A stretch of DNA of 64,000 nucleotides from Eledone cirrhosa (Eukaryota): contig OZ024740.1 in NCBI GenBank assembly GCA_964016885.1, positions 31,868,001 to 31,932,000 of the forward strand, given 5' to 3'. Each line of letters opens with the position of its first letter. Positions within the stretch are counted from its first letter, which is position 1. The notes below the pieces were generated by a model, which worked only from the letters and a program-made list of their open reading frames with translations, was not told the origin of the DNA and ran no database searches. Positions 11,389-24,639 of the stretch are shown piece after piece. Made by a program: the position numbers and the translations under genes.

Positions 11389-11635
11389 ACAGGAGAGTGT
11401 GGGGCAAGACCTATTACATAATGGAGTTGTAGTCACTGCATGTAATAACGGATATTTAATATCTTTTCTCATACAGAAACTGCATAATTTGATGGCTGGA
11501 GCTTGAAAAAAATCTGTCTCCCCATACTCACTGACTTACTGTATTTTAATTTTAAAAAAAAGGTAACATGATTTACTTGAAAAATATTTTCATTTTCATC
11601 TGAATATGAACGATTTCTTTAATGTTCTTTTCTAG

Positions 11636-11805
11636 GGTTTTGTTGTAAACACCCGCTCATTTCTTTGTCTACATGCAACTGAACATGTGATATTATTAGG
11701 ATGTATTAATGGCAGTATATCAGTATTTGATGCTGAGAAGAAAACCTTTTTACACAGTAATGTATCATTACAAGACTCAGTTCTCTGTATCTGCAGCTAC
11801 CAAAG
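11636..11805 (+). CDS. LRRK2: LRRK2-like kinase, WD40 exon (first in window)
   Basis: ttctag/gtgag splice sites; GFVVNTRSFLCLHATEHVILLGCINGSISVFDAEKKTFLHSNVSLQDSVLCICSYQ resembles LRRK2 SRILCL...GTQSGTL..DSVTCL as recalled; ends phase 2. Confidence 0.85.
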
Positions 11806-11837
11806 GTGAGACAATTTGTATATCATTATAATGTTGG

Positions 11838-12020
11838 GATTGGCAGTATAGGCAGAGGGTCGGACGCCATGCTTTGCACCTTTATGGTCCGATGCCATGC
11901 TTTGCACCTTTATGGTCTGAGGTTAACTTTGCCTTTCATCCTTACGGGGTTGATAAAATAAAGTACCAGTAATACACTGGAATAATTGCTGGCCTTGTGC
12001 CAAAAGTAGAAACAATTATA
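11838..12020 (+). mobile_element. SINE family B
   Basis: Central GCCTTTCATCCTTACGGGGTTGATAAAATAAAGTACCAG and tail GGCCTTGTGCCAAAAGTAGAAAC shared with many copies; internal ~28-bp tandem duplication. Confidence 0.8.
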
Positions 12021-12364
12021 ATGTTGTTGTTGTTTAGCCCCAAGACATCTCTAAGAAAGTAGACTTATAATCATATCTACTGTGCTCTTTAATGTGTCAA
12101 AAGACCCCATCTAACCTGTGTACTCTATTTATGGCATGATTATTACATAATGTAGTGGGTACATTTTATCATGCCACTAGTAGTAGAGAGGTCTTTATGT
12201 CTTAAAGGTTTTTTTTTTTACCCCATGCTGTCTCTGATTGCTAACCATTTTTATGTTCAGGATCAATATAGAAGTTCTATTTCATAATGATTTTATTAGA
12301 ATTTATCTTTGTGGATGTTCAACAGCTACTTGAAAAGGGAGTATATTTTTATTCATCTTACTAA

Positions 12365-12586
12365 CCCTTTAGCATTTAAACTGGCTGTGTCCAGCCAGAA
12401 TTCTCTCACCTCTTTCTTTTCAAACCGGCTATAACCGGTTGCTTATACTTTATATTAAGGTATTCTTATCAAAATAAATAATATGAAAATCTCATAGATT
12501 CGATATTATGTGAGATAATTCTGTGAAATAAAGTGTTTACCATGAAAATACAATAGTAAATATAGAGTAATGTAAATGTTAAAGGG
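12365..12586. mobile_element. piggyBac-type MITE, family P1
   Basis: TIRs CCCTTTAGCATTTA / TAAATGTTAAAGGG, flanked by CTAA/TTAA; three copies in the window. Confidence 0.85.
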
Positions 12587-12856
12587 TTAAAACATTTAGC
12601 CTGAATGAATAAAATCTAGACATTAATAAAGTAGTAGTAAGAATTCTCTGCCAAGCTAGACAGCAGAAGGTCTTCGAAGAAGAAGCAATCCCCACCTCAT
12701 GCAAGTGTTTTATACCTTAACTCCTTACACTCTAAGGATAATTAAACTACTTTCTTAAAATGTAATAATGCATAATATTTGAAGAAATAAATTAAAATGA
12801 AAACATTTTGTGTTTCTTATTTCTTTTATCTTTTTTCTTTTCTTTTTTATTTTTAG

Positions 12857-12935
12857 CTCTGACAATTCTGAAGTCATCTTGGCTGGAACTGCCAATGGTT
12901 ATGTTGCTGTTTTTAAGCTACATTCTCTGATTGAA
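12857..12935 (+). CDS. LRRK2: LRRK2-like WD40 exon
   Basis: ttttag/gtaagt; SDNSEVILAGTANGYVAVFKLHSLIE (compare LLVGTADGKLAIF); phase 2 to 0 consistent. Confidence 0.9.
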
Positions 12936-13498
12936 GTAAGTGTGTTTGAAGTTTGTATTTATTCAGAGAAAATTTTACTGGAATGTAAAATATTTAAGTG
13001 CAAAATCTTGTACATACTTTTTTTAAATAAATACTTTTGCAATACCACAAGTTAAATTTTTCTGTAAATTTAGGCATTTTATACATTTCTTAATTCTTAA
13101 CATCCTGTAATGATTTAGCAGAAAATATATAAAAATGAGTTTGTTAATTCAAATGTTTATAGTACCTATAATAGTGGACAGATTGTTGTGAAAATTTGCA
13201 GTGAACTAATGACTTCAATTTTTAATGTGATGTGGTCATAACACTGGTTTACACTTTACAATAATGTTTTGCTAATGCAGCTTTATGTGATACAGGACAT
13301 TAAGAGTTAATAGTAAAACATTTGAATTCAAAGTGGAAATATAAACTATTTAATCATTGGTTGAATCAGAATAGATACAATATAATGACTGAGTAGGGCA
13401 TGATTTCATGGTTTTTAACAATTGTTCTTTAGCCATTAACATTCTGGTTTCTTTATCAGTGTTCATTAATATGTTTTACAATTTTTATATATTTCCAG

Positions 13499-13698
13499 AA
13501 TTCTAGCAATACTCCAGTATTTCTTCATTGCGTTGAATTAGATGAACCTGTCCTTTGCATCCACCAACATGGAGATTCAATTTATGCTAGTTGTGGGATA
13601 TCAGCCTACAGATTGAACTTTTCATTGGCAGAAAGAAATTCACAAATCTGCAATAAAAAAGACTGTCATTTCACTGCTAGGAAAATTAAGGGGAAATG
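13499..13698 (+). CDS. LRRK2: LRRK2-like WD40 exon
   Basis: ttccag/gtaatg; NSSNTPVFLHCVELDEPVLCIHQHGDSIYASCGISAYRLNFSLAERNSQICNKKDCHFTARKIKGK; phase 0 to 2. Confidence 0.85.
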
Positions 13699-14974
13699 GT
13701 AATGGGTTTAATTCTCTTTAATAAGGGAGTAAATGGGTTAACAAATCAAGTACAGGACTTGATTTCTGGTTCTCTGGTCAAACACGTTTTGGTATATTGT
13801 AAATTCCATCATATAAGTAGCAAATTGGCAGTCATTAGAACGCCAGATAGAATGCTTCACAATATTCTTTCTGGATTTCTGTGCTGTGTTCAAATCCTGC
13901 CAAGATCAACTTTGCCTTTCCTCTTTTCAAGGTCAATAAAAAAAATTCCACTCCATTACCAGGGGTGTCAAGTTACTCTCTCTCACACACTGTGTGTGTG
14001 TGTGGAATAAATTGGCTGTGTTCAGGTCTGGAAAGAGATGAGCTCTGCAAGGTTTAAAATGCCCTTGACATGCCATATGTCACAACGCCACCCCTTCGAC
14101 GACTCCACTAGGAGTTATATATCTGTACATACATATAAACTGCATCATACAAGCCAACATTTTAAGGCTAAAACAAAATCTCTCCAAAACTGGTAGTTAA
14201 CTTATTGGATGGGTTTTAAATGTGAACCTTTATCCCTGAGTGGAAAACAAGTGATAAAAGCTTCTAAAAACTGCTGTGTTGCCACAAATATTTCCTATTA
14301 AACCTTGTTGAGTTCAGTGAATTTATTTAATATATTTAACAAATAGATTGCCAGTGATATTAGATCATCCTCATTATCCATGCTTGCATGAATTAGACAG
14401 GTTGTCATATTCTGCGCCTCCTTTATACATTCTATTCTGGAATGGTTTCTATGGCTGGATGCCCTTCCTAATATCAACCACTTCCTTATGTATATCAGCT
14501 GTATTTTATCATGGCACCACTACTACTAACTGACATACAAAATATAAAACAGTCCTATATTATAGACATCAATTAGAACATCCATAGGACAGCTATCAAT
14601 AAAAACAATCCTAGTAGTCCCTATTGAATGTTAGGAGGTCAACCTATATAGTAGGTATAGGCTGAACAAAGAATTTTGAGATAAAAATATCAGATATTAT
14701 TGGCAAACTATTTTCTCTAGCCTGTGGTGTTTGAGATGTTTTTTTAGGGCTGGATCATTGACAACAATGTGAAGGACATTGTTGGCAGCTTGCCTTACTG
14801 ATATATCAGGTGATACCCACAAGGATGGTTGGTTATTCCAGCATCGTAGCCTTGCTATCACTCATGGCTATAATTTTTTGGTTTAGCTTAAAAAATTATC
14901 AGAGGTAAACTCCTGCACCCTTTGTGGCATGTGATTGAGTGCATGAGACTGCTCCCATTTTTTTGTACTCTTTA

Positions 14975-15192
14975 CTGTAAAGTGGACGTGTAGGCGTCAC
15001 AGAAAAAAAGCACCCAGCACTCACTGTAAATGAGGTTGGTGTTAGGAAGGGCATCCAGCTGTAGAAATCAAGCCAGAATCAGTTCCCGTATGAGCAAGAC
15101 AAGGTCAGCCGACTGGACACTGACCAGAACAGGACAACTCGTATAACCCATGCTAGAGTGGAAGAACAGATGTAAAACAGTGATGATGATGA
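14975..15192 (+). mobile_element. 3' tail fragment of RTE family C or its SINE
   Basis: TGGTGTTAGGAAGGGCATCCAGCTGTAGAAA core and GATGATGAT tail. Confidence 0.75.
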
Positions 15193-15434
15193 TATATATA
15201 CATATTTTATACAGTCTGTATATATAATATTATATATATATATATACATTTGTGGTGTAATCTACCCTCGTAATTTTAGACATGGGTTTACTGTGTTTAC
15301 TTCTACACATATTATTATATAATGCTCAGTATTTATACTTTGAGCTTGTTAATTGCAGGGTATCTATATCAGTTAATAACTCTATATTTTATTTGTATAT
15401 ATATATACATACATATTTCATACATTCTGCATAT

Positions 15435-15620
15435 ATAATTGTTTCTACTTTTGGCACAAGGCCAGCGATTACCCCAGTGCATCACTGGTACTTTATTTTA
15501 TCAACCCCGTAAGGATGTAAGGTAAAGTTAACCTCGGTGAGATTTGAACTAAGATCGTAAAGGATGTAACTATGCTGGAAAGCATGTCCGACCCTCTACT
15601 AATACTGCCAATTCACTGCA
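15435..15620 (-). mobile_element. SINE family B
   Basis: Reverse complement of the 11838-12020 family; B box GTTCAAATC on minus. Confidence 0.8.
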
Positions 15621-16095
15621 TATATAATAATATCTAAGTTGTGATAATCTTAAGATGGACTTGTGTGACAAATCAATTTGAATATGCATATGTTTACCAT
15701 GTTGTGACCAGAGTAATATACTTACCTAACCTTTTGACTAAGGCTAGCTAATTAACAGTAGTGTCAGAGATAACATAATGGTTGGTGTTTGGAGTGGACA
15801 GAAGAGACTCTGAGGACAGCTACTTGGCAAAATCCCAGCTCATCTGAGAGGTCAGTAGCTCCACTTGAGTGTTGACTCGATCTGTGAAGACCCATCCAAC
15901 CCTTGTTAGTGAGGAAAATGGATGTTAAAAGATGATGATGATAATGGTTGAAGGTAGACTTTGTGAAATATATATCAACAGTTGAGAAACTTGTATATCA
16001 AATGCAAAAAATCTGCAACATAAGAGAAGAATGTGTATAATCTACCGGGTGTACTAGGGTTAATTAATGAGTGATTGCGTGCCAATGAGTTGAGA

Positions 16096-17075
16096 TCATC
16101 ATCACCGTTTTACGTCCATTCTTCCACTCTAGCATGGGTTAGACGGGTTGTCCTGTTGTGGGCAGTGTCCAGTCGGCTGACCTTGTCTTGTTCATACAGG
16201 AATTTTGGCTTGATTTCTACAGCTGGATGCCCTTCCTAACACCAACCTCATTTACAGAGAGTGCTGGGAACTTTTTTTCTGTGACGCCTACACGTCCACT
16301 TTACAGTGTGGGCTGGGTGCTTTTTCGCCGTAGCACCTCCACGACCACTTTGCAGTGGGAGGGGGTGCAGGCATATTGTCTATATGCTTCAGCTTCAGCT
16401 TGTTCCTGTGGGAAGTCGGGTCTTCTGTATTACTGCATGATGCCAGAGGACACGGTCATGTGTCATCGCCTTTGAGAGGTACAATTGGGTAAGGTCAGCT
16501 TTTATCACCTCATCCCAGGTCTTCTTGGGTCTCTCCACTCCGCGGTTTCCATCGGCTTCTAGTGCTCTGCACCTTTTTATGCAGCTGTCATCCTTCATAT
16601 GCATCACATGTCCCATACCAACGCAACCGCCTCTCCTGCACACACCATTTGATTCATCTTATGCTCAGTCTCTCTCTCAGTTCGTTTATGCTTTGCTGTT
16701 CGCATATATTACTATTACACATCCATCGGAGCATGCAGGCTTCATTTCTTTCTAATCTACGCAAGTCTTTCACGGACAGCACCCAGGTCTCACTACCATG
16801 TAACATTGCTGTTCATATACACGCATCATACAGTCTGCCTTTCATTTTGAGGGAGAAGCCTTTTGCAGCTAGCAGTGGCAGTAACTCCCTGAACTTCTTC
16901 CATCCCGTTCTTACCCTAGTTATTGTACTTTCAGAACACCCACCTCCGCTGATAATTTGGTCACCTAGGTAGCAGAAGCTGTCTACTGTTTCTACAGAGC
17001 CCTCCCAGAGTTTGGTTTGCTGCTTGCTGTCCCAGCACAGCTGCTACATGTGAAGTCCACATTCTTAGTTAAGAA
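16096..17075 (-). mobile_element. RTE-clade LINE family C, degraded 3' fragment
   Basis: HVMHMKDDSCIKRCR...RPKKTW on minus; related to but distinct from family A; different 3'UTR. Confidence 0.9.
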
Positions 17076-17427
17076 ATGATCAAGTAATTGATGATGCATG
17101 TCAATCAATATTACATGTTGTTGGTGGATTGAATCTGCAAAAGAAGTTGGCTGAGGAACACAACTAATTTGGACTTGAAAATATTGTGCTACATTCATAA
17201 TATTTCACAAGATGAAACTGCAAAGGGAAATAATATATTGTAAATTATCTAACCACAGGAACAATTGATACTAAAATGAAGATAATAAATGTTTGCAATA
17301 TATATATTGATAATAAATTAAATACATATTCTAAGGAATATAGTTTTGATGTTTACTGGGATATTTGTTGATAATATTCATATTCAGTACTAGCATTCGT
17401 TATGTATTGTAAATAGATCATTTTATT

Positions 17428-17766
17428 CATCTATTCATCATCATCATCAACGTTTTTACACGCTTGCATGAGTTGAATGGGTCCTTTTCAGTACACTTGC
17501 TGTGTTCCTTCATCATCACTTCTGTGAGTCTCAGTGATTTTAGGTCAGCTCTCACCTCCTCTGTCCAGGTTTTCTTTGGTCTACCTTTACCACAGCTTCC
17601 TTTCACTGGGATTTCTTGGCACTTCTTCACCCAGCAATCATTATTCATGTGCAGCACATTTCTGTACCAACTCAGTCTTTCTTGCATACCACTCTGGATT
17701 CTTTTTAAACCTAGTTTCTCCTTCAGTTCATCCAAGTTCTGCTTTTCTCTCACATTGCACATCCAA
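17428..17766 (-). mobile_element. RTE-clade LINE family B, degraded 3' fragment
   Basis: WMCNVRE...WVKKCQEIPVKG...GRPKKTW; short 3'UTR with GAT tail. Confidence 0.85.
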
Positions 17767-17885
17767 TATTTATATTCTTTTTTGTAGTTAATTATTAATA
17801 AATTAACTAAAATGTTATACATAGTAGATATGAATATTCTTTATTTTTTTTTAATATATTTTTGTTTATTTTTTTATTTTTCTAG

Positions 17886-18050
17886 TTTGTCCATGGTAGA
17901 TGAAAATGCTCAAATAATAAATAAAATGATGTTTTATGACAAGATGATGTACCTAACTCATCGAAGCAGCAGTATTGTAGAAATGTGGGATATAGCTAAA
18001 TGTGGGATAGAGCGTTTCAGAAAGCATGTAGACATCATTCATTTCCTTGA
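17886..18050 (+). CDS. LRRK2: LRRK2-like WD40 exon
   Basis: ttctag/gtaagt; LSMVDENAQIINKMMFYDKMMYLTHRSSSIVEMWDIAKCGIERFRKHVDIIHFL (compare SPVVEVWD...IDCVHFL); phase 2 to 2. Confidence 0.9.
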
Positions 18051-20040
18051 GTAAGTTTATATTCATCAAAATATATATATTTAGTGTTTATTTGACATCA
18101 ATGAATACCTTAAAACAGCTTCTTTGACAAAGAACAAAATACATGATGGCAAGTTATTAGTCATTTAAGCATAGAACAAGATGCTTTGTAGTCGTTTGGG
18201 TGTAGGAGAAAATGCTTTGTGGTGTTCTGGCATTCTGAGAGCAAATCCTGCAGAAGTTATCTTTGACCTCCATCCTTTCAGGGTCAATAAAATAAAGGAA
18301 AGTAGATTAGTAGAATTATTAGAATGTAAGTCTTTGTTCCAGTTCTTTACATTCTGAGTTCAAATACTGCTGTGGCCTACTTGGGTAGACTTAATCACCC
18401 ATTTTAACATCACCATCTGACACTTAGAAGCATTCAGATCAGTTCTCAGGTTTAAGGATAGGTTCCTTCCTCCCTTCTCATCAAACTCAGGGGACCTGAA
18501 AAGCAGGTCATGTGAACAGCTCTCCCTTCTTTGACTAAACAATTAAACAAAAAGAATTTATATAATCATTATATAATTAATCGTAATTATAAATTCTATT
18601 CTAATAGTTTCTTCCCTTGCACATCTCATCTATAGAACTTTCATCTGGCTGCTTGCTTTCTTGACCATTACAATTTGCAAAAATTCAAGAGCAACATCAA
18701 TCATGATGTTGGGATGAGTAAAAGAAAACAAAAAATATGTAGACTCCAGGTATTTCCCTACTCCTTACTCATTATATAATCAGCTGAGCAACACACTTGT
18801 GGATAGCAAGGAATAAATTAGGAAAATTCTTGAACAAATAATATAACTTTTTCCTCTTCAGTACTAGTGTGATAATTAAAGTTAATTACTTGAACTATCA
18901 TCAGAGGTATCCATTAGTAAATAATTAGTCTTGATAAAGAAAAAATGGAGTTATGATATTTATGTCTTTTTTCTTAGCAGGATAAGTGAGGTGTAAGTAA
19001 GCTGCCAGGAATTGAATCAGTGTGGCAGGCTTAGTTCAAGTTACAATACTTGCTGGTTCTGATGATAATAAATGTATTAGTATGTTTAGAGAAACAATAA
19101 CTGAGACATGATATGAACTATAAAATATCCTTGTGAAAAATGTATGTTTTAGTGAAAATATCTAGAGAATTGTAGCAAAAATTATTTCATACAAACTTGT
19201 ACAGATGAAAGAAGGATTTGATAAAATATTTCAAACTTTGTTCAGACACCCTTCTAAATCAGTTTAAAAGTGTGGCAATCATAATCATGATGATGCCCAT
19301 TTTTCCATATTTGCATGGGTTGGATGGGTCTTCTCCAGTGCAGCATCTTGTCACTTGTTGCATTCTGTCCAAGGTTTCCTTAGTATTTGCTTCGTATTTA
19401 AAACTTCAAGGAAAAGATTGTATCCAATGACATTATACTACATAGGTGAAGAACTTAGTCAAGAAGCTAACTAGTTTTTCTTTTCTAATATAGATTTGTA
19501 TTCATCAAATCCATGTACTGTGACCTATAACTGTTGAACAATAGAAGGACAGAGGGAAGAACTCTCTAGAGTATGTGATCGTATGCCACTGAAGGAAATT
19601 GAGAACATTAATACATTTACTAACAGAAATATAGTTTTTTTTCTTACACAACTGATTACTTGACTACTAAGTATAAGTATTTGTGTACAATTGTCAACCA
19701 TTTGACTTTTCAAATTCTCTTCTCTTCATTCTTCATCAATTATATACAATATTAATACTTGTAGCTAGAACCCATTATTATAAACATTAATTTAGAAATG
19801 TAATATATTTGTTAACCAAATGAAATACATATCTTATGATACATGATCCATTGGTACACAATGAGCCAGTTTCAATTCCTCATCAGAATTGTTTTAATTT
19901 ACTGATATGTTTTCAGAAAAAGAATGAGTGTGTCCTACAGAAAATGGATGTTAAACAATGACAATGGCAGCGATGATGACAATGATGATGATACACTATT
20001 TATAGCTAATTAATCAAAAAATATTCTACTGTTGTTACAG

Positions 20041-20219
20041 CTGTGAAACCCATATGTCCAGAATAACAGCAACTTGTCTTCATGCAGCAACTAAAATGCT
20101 TTGGATTGGAACTGGAAAAGGTCATCTGGTTTTACTTGATTGCTCCGATCTTCAACCACTAATAGTATTACACCGACATATAGGTCCTATTCGATCTCTC
20201 CTCTCACTCCCAGACAAAG
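20041..20219 (+). CDS. LRRK2: LRRK2-like WD40 exon
   Basis: ttacag/gtaatt; CETHMSRITATCLHAATKMLWIGTGKGHLVLLDCSDLQPLIVLHRHIGPIRSLLSLPDK (compare LWIGTGGGHILLLD); phase 2 to 1. Confidence 0.93.
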
Positions 20220-21929
20220 GTAATTTAAAAATTGAATATATTCATTTGGTGTGGGAGAGGATTGCTTTGATTTCCACTACTGTCAATCAATTTAGATTAA
20301 TTTGTACAATGCATGCAGATGTATGGTGCTGAACTACAGCAACTTTTGAAAATAAGAAATTACTTTGAATTAAAGTATTGACTGCATAATCAAAAATTCA
20401 ATCCTTACAACAGCCATTGTACTGAGTCTTTGGCATGAAGTACTTAAATCTCTTTGCTTCAGTCCACTTGAGAATTAGGTTTTAGAAGAAGTATTTTAGA
20501 TGTTAATCGAGAAGAGATATATGGAAATGTATGTATGTGTTGAGAATGTTAATATTTGTGTATTGTATTAGTATCGATTGAAGTCACCGTTGAAGCAGTC
20601 CAAGGGAATGTTGTGGTTAATATCATCGTAAGGCATTATAACGTTTTTTTATATATAATTTATTTACAAAGATGAGAAGTTGAGTTAGCTGTGTTGACAT
20701 GTCATAAGAAATGAAATAAAACAAATTAAGATGCTGTAAATTTAGACGCGGTCAAGTGGCTGAAATAAGAAGCCAAGCCGCGGAGAATTCCGGTAGCTAC
20801 ATTTTGGAAAGTTTGTTGAGCAAAATCAAGATGTGTTACCTTGATGGGGTCAAGCTGCAAGAGAGAAATTTTATCGAAAAGAAGCGGGAATTTTTCCCTT
20901 TGGGCGGAAGTTGAGATAGATTTCCCTACGCTGGTAGCGATTGGCTGAACTGAGCCAAACAACGTATGGAGAATGTATCCAAGAGCCCACAGACCACCAA
21001 TTCTATGGATCTCCACCACTTCCCTCCACCCAATTCTGAGCTACTAGTCACTCCATCCCTTCATAACTGCCTCTACCACCCAGCTCTTTCTCTCCTTTCA
21101 TTTCCTTGAATGATGTCTCTCTCAGCAAGCAACATATAGTTGTCACTACTCCTACATTGCCAGTTCCTCCATGTTCTCATTCTTCACCCTCACTACCTAA
21201 CTGATCACACCAGTGTTAATACCACAGTGGAATATACTCAGTGCACTTTGCAAGCGGTGGCATTGGTGCATCTACAAAATGCACCCAGTCCACTCTATAG
21301 GGAAGTAATGCAAGTGCCGGGAGGAAATGCACTCAACCTACTCTGTTAAGTAGTAGTACTGGTGCCACAATAAAATACACCCAGTAACAGACTGAAAAAT
21401 GATTGGTGTTAGGAAGAGCATCCAGCTGTAAAAATCATACCAAACTAGAAGATACAAACAAGGCTTGGTCATATGATCTGACTGGTCGCAGAACATGACA
21501 ACCCATTCCAGTGTGGAAGACAGGAGTAATGGTCAATATAACATACTACATGTAAAGAAAAACTATCATATCTGTGTAATGGCACCCATTAAACACCCCC
21601 AGCTAGTCCTTGAGTACTGTCCCTACTTATGCTTTCATATAGACGTTCAGGCTAGGTTTCAACCTCATCACTATCGCCAGTTTGAGAGGGCCTGCCAAGG
21701 TTGTAGCTACAGCCCCTCTATCACTGACAAAATTTTAAAATATAGTGGAAAATGGTCAAAAAAAGACCTCATCTGTTTTTTTTTGTTTTTTTCTGCACTA
21801 AAACTATCAAATTAACAAATGTGTATACACAAAAATTTAAAATCAATATTTGTTGAAACTATTCCTAACAAAAATCAATAGAGACAAGTACTGAATATCA
21901 TAACTTAAATATGTTTTATTGTTTACTTG

Positions 21930-22270
21930 CTGGTTCAGACATAGCTGTATGCTTATGAAGTGTGTTTAGCAATGACATGGTTTCAGGATCAATCTCATTC
22001 CACAGCACCTTAAGCAAGTGTCTTCTACAATAGCCTCACGTCAACCTTGGGAGTGAATTTGGTAGACAGAAATTGTAAGGAAGCAAATCATTGTCTATCT
22101 TTGTTGATGTTCTGCATAGATGGTACAGCTGTTCCCACAAAACGAAGTGGTTTACACAATAAAGACAAAGGATGGGTTAGCATCAGAAAGGTCATATAGC
22201 TGTAGAAAAACTGCCTTACAAATGTTTCATCCAACTAATATCAACGAAGATGATGATGATGATGTTGTTG
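21930..22270 (+). mobile_element. Old degraded SINE with CORE-like centre and GAT tail
   Basis: CACCTTAAGCAAGTGTCTTCTAC centre; similar relic at about 52520-52650. Confidence 0.55.
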
Positions 22271-22274
22271 TAAT

Positions 22275-23897
22275 TATCACCTTGATCACCTTGGCCGACC
22301 AGTCTGTCGGGCATCCATTCGTCTCTGGATCGTACTTTCCTCATCCATGTAGTCCCAATCGTATTCCTAAAATCATAACTCCACCCTCGTGGAGGCCTTC
22401 CGAGTGGTCGTTTCCGCTCGCGCAGGTACCACTCGGCAACTGCGCGGGTCCACCGATTATCGGTGAACTGGGCGACGTGTCCAGCCCATCTGAACTTGCT
22501 GCACATATATTCTGTCATGACGTCCCTCACACCGGACTTCTGTCTGATGACTTCGCTCCTGATGTGCTCTCTCAACGAGATTCCTAGCATTGATCTCTCC
22601 ATGGCTCTTTGAGCCATTACCAGCCTCTGCTCTTCTCTCTTCGTTGTAGCCCAAGTTTCACTGCCATATAACATTGCAGGTAAAACTGTGCTATTAAAGA
22701 GGTTGGTGCGGGTGGTCTTGTCCAACTTCCCCTTGAGCACATCCCTTATGCCATTGAACGCCTTCCATCCGGCCCTTACTCTCCGCGAGATCTCCCTCTC
22801 AATGTCTCGGCGCATGTTCACTTCTTGTCCCAGGTAGACGTATTCCTCCACCTCCTCTATTTCATCACCGCCAACCACCATTCGACCTGTTGGCAAGTTG
22901 TCCGACCGCATGAACTTCGTTTTCATTCGGTTCATCTTGAGGCCTACTGCAGAGCTTTTGATGTCGAGCTCCGTCAGCATGGTCTGAAGCTGATCCGTGG
23001 TTTCAGCGATGAGTACGATGTCATCAGCGAAACAGAGGTGGGCAAGTATCTTGCTGTTGATGTTGACACCGCCTTGCCAGTCAATGCTTCTGATGATCTG
23101 CTCGAGACATGCGGTGAAAAGTTTTGGAGAGATTGTATCTCCTTGCTTCACTCCTTTCTTGACCGGCACTCGTATGGGTGATGACAGCAGAGCTATGTTG
23201 GTGGTGCATCCGGAATTCGCCTCCTGGAGCAGTTGAACGACTCCTTGCCTCTGCAGCGAGTTCAGCACTGCATTGATTTTGACGCTGTCGAAGGCCTTCT
23301 CGTCTACGAACACGACGCAAAGAGGCATCTTGTACTCTTTTGCTCGCTCAAGCAGAGTAAATATGTGGTCCATCGTGCTGTAGTTCTTCCGGAAGCTGGC
23401 TTGCTCTCTCGGTTGCTGTTCGTCCAGATGACGTGATAACCTGTTCAGGATTATCTTCGTGAACAGCTTGTACACGTGAGACAGCAGGCATATGGGTCGG
23501 TAGTTCTTCAGATCTTCTCTATCGCCCTTCTTGTATAGCAGGATGGTATTCGACTCTTTCTACTGCGAGGGTATTCTTCCCTCATCCAGATAGTGTGTGA
23601 ATCGCTCAGCGAGGATTTTCCAGAGCTGCTCTCCACCTGACTTCAACACCTCCGATGTTATGCCGTCTTTCCCTGGCGCCTTTCCGCTTTTCATCAAGCC
23701 GACGGCTCTTTCGATCTCACTGACAAGGATGAGTGGCGCATTTTCTTCCTGTTGGAGTGACGGCAACAGCTGCACATTCCCGGCAGACTTGAAGAGCTTG
23801 GTGTAGAAGTCTTCGCAAACCTTTTCCACCTCACTCTTGTTGCTGACCGGTACTCCAGCTGTGTTCTTCAGGGTCGTCACCTCCGATCTATACATTG
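22275..23897 (-). mobile_element. Distinct GC-rich RTE-clade LINE (family D), 5'-truncated pseudogene
   Basis: KAPGKDGI, KAFDSV, GVKQGDTISPKLF, FADD, YVYLG, RWAGHVA; no zinc finger; tail CAAGGTGATCAAGGTGAT. Confidence 0.92.
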
Positions 23898-23953
23898 CTG
23901 TATCATAATTTTATACATTATATATAATGCATAATATTTATATTTTTTAACAG

Positions 23954-24025
23954 ATAACAGCTCATCTTCACAAATCATTTGTGGAAGCTACGGATTTCTT
24001 CCTCAACCTGGCTTAAATGGAAAAG
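23954..24025 (+). CDS. LRRK2: LRRK2-like WD40 exon
   Basis: aacag/gtaagc; (D)NSSSSQIICGSYGFLPQPGLNGK; phase 1 to 1. Confidence 0.85.
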
Positions 24026-24122
24026 GTAAGCTACAGTTAAACGATTAAATAAATAAGTTAATCAGGGTAAGAAATAGCAATGCTTATAATTCATACAAGC
24101 ACTTCCAGACTGATATAAGTGC

Positions 24123-24424
24123 GTGTGTGTGTGTGTGACAGCTCACACCTATGTGTGTGTGTGACAGCTCACACCTATGTGTGTGTGTGACAGCTCACAC
24201 CTATGCAGGTTTAGCTGGCCTCCTCCAAGGTATATCTCGTTGGAGGTGTCTTGGGTAATTTAATGATAGGGACCCCAGTCCTATCATCTCATTTATACAG
24301 CTGAGTAAACTGGAGCAATGTGAAATAAAGTGTCTTGCTCAAGGAAACAACACATCACCCAGTCCGAGAATTGAACTCACAATCTTTTGATTGCAAGCCC
24401 AATGCTCTAACCACTAAGCCATGT
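24123..24424 (-). mobile_element. tRNA-derived CORE-type SINE, (CA)n-tailed variant with triplicated tail
   Basis: Near-identical to 11141-11388; unit (GT)nGACAGCTCACACCTAT present three times. Confidence 0.88.
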
Positions 24425-24639
24425 GTGTGTATGTGTGCAGGTGTTTGTATGTTGGGAGTTGGGGTAGACACAGGCATGGCCATATCATTCATAGGTTGAG
24501 TTTGAAACCATGTAGTTCCAGGCTGAATCCCACAGAGTACCATAACCTGAGATGACTCAAAGCCTTATGAGTGAAGTTTAATAGGCTGAAGATGTGTTGA
24601 AGCCCATTATGTGTGTATATATATATATTTGTATTTACA

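Noticed and set aside
18600-18710. LINE C-terminal remnant (FFPCTSHL...YNLQKFKSNIN)
   Set aside because: Plausible but too short and degraded to list as a feature
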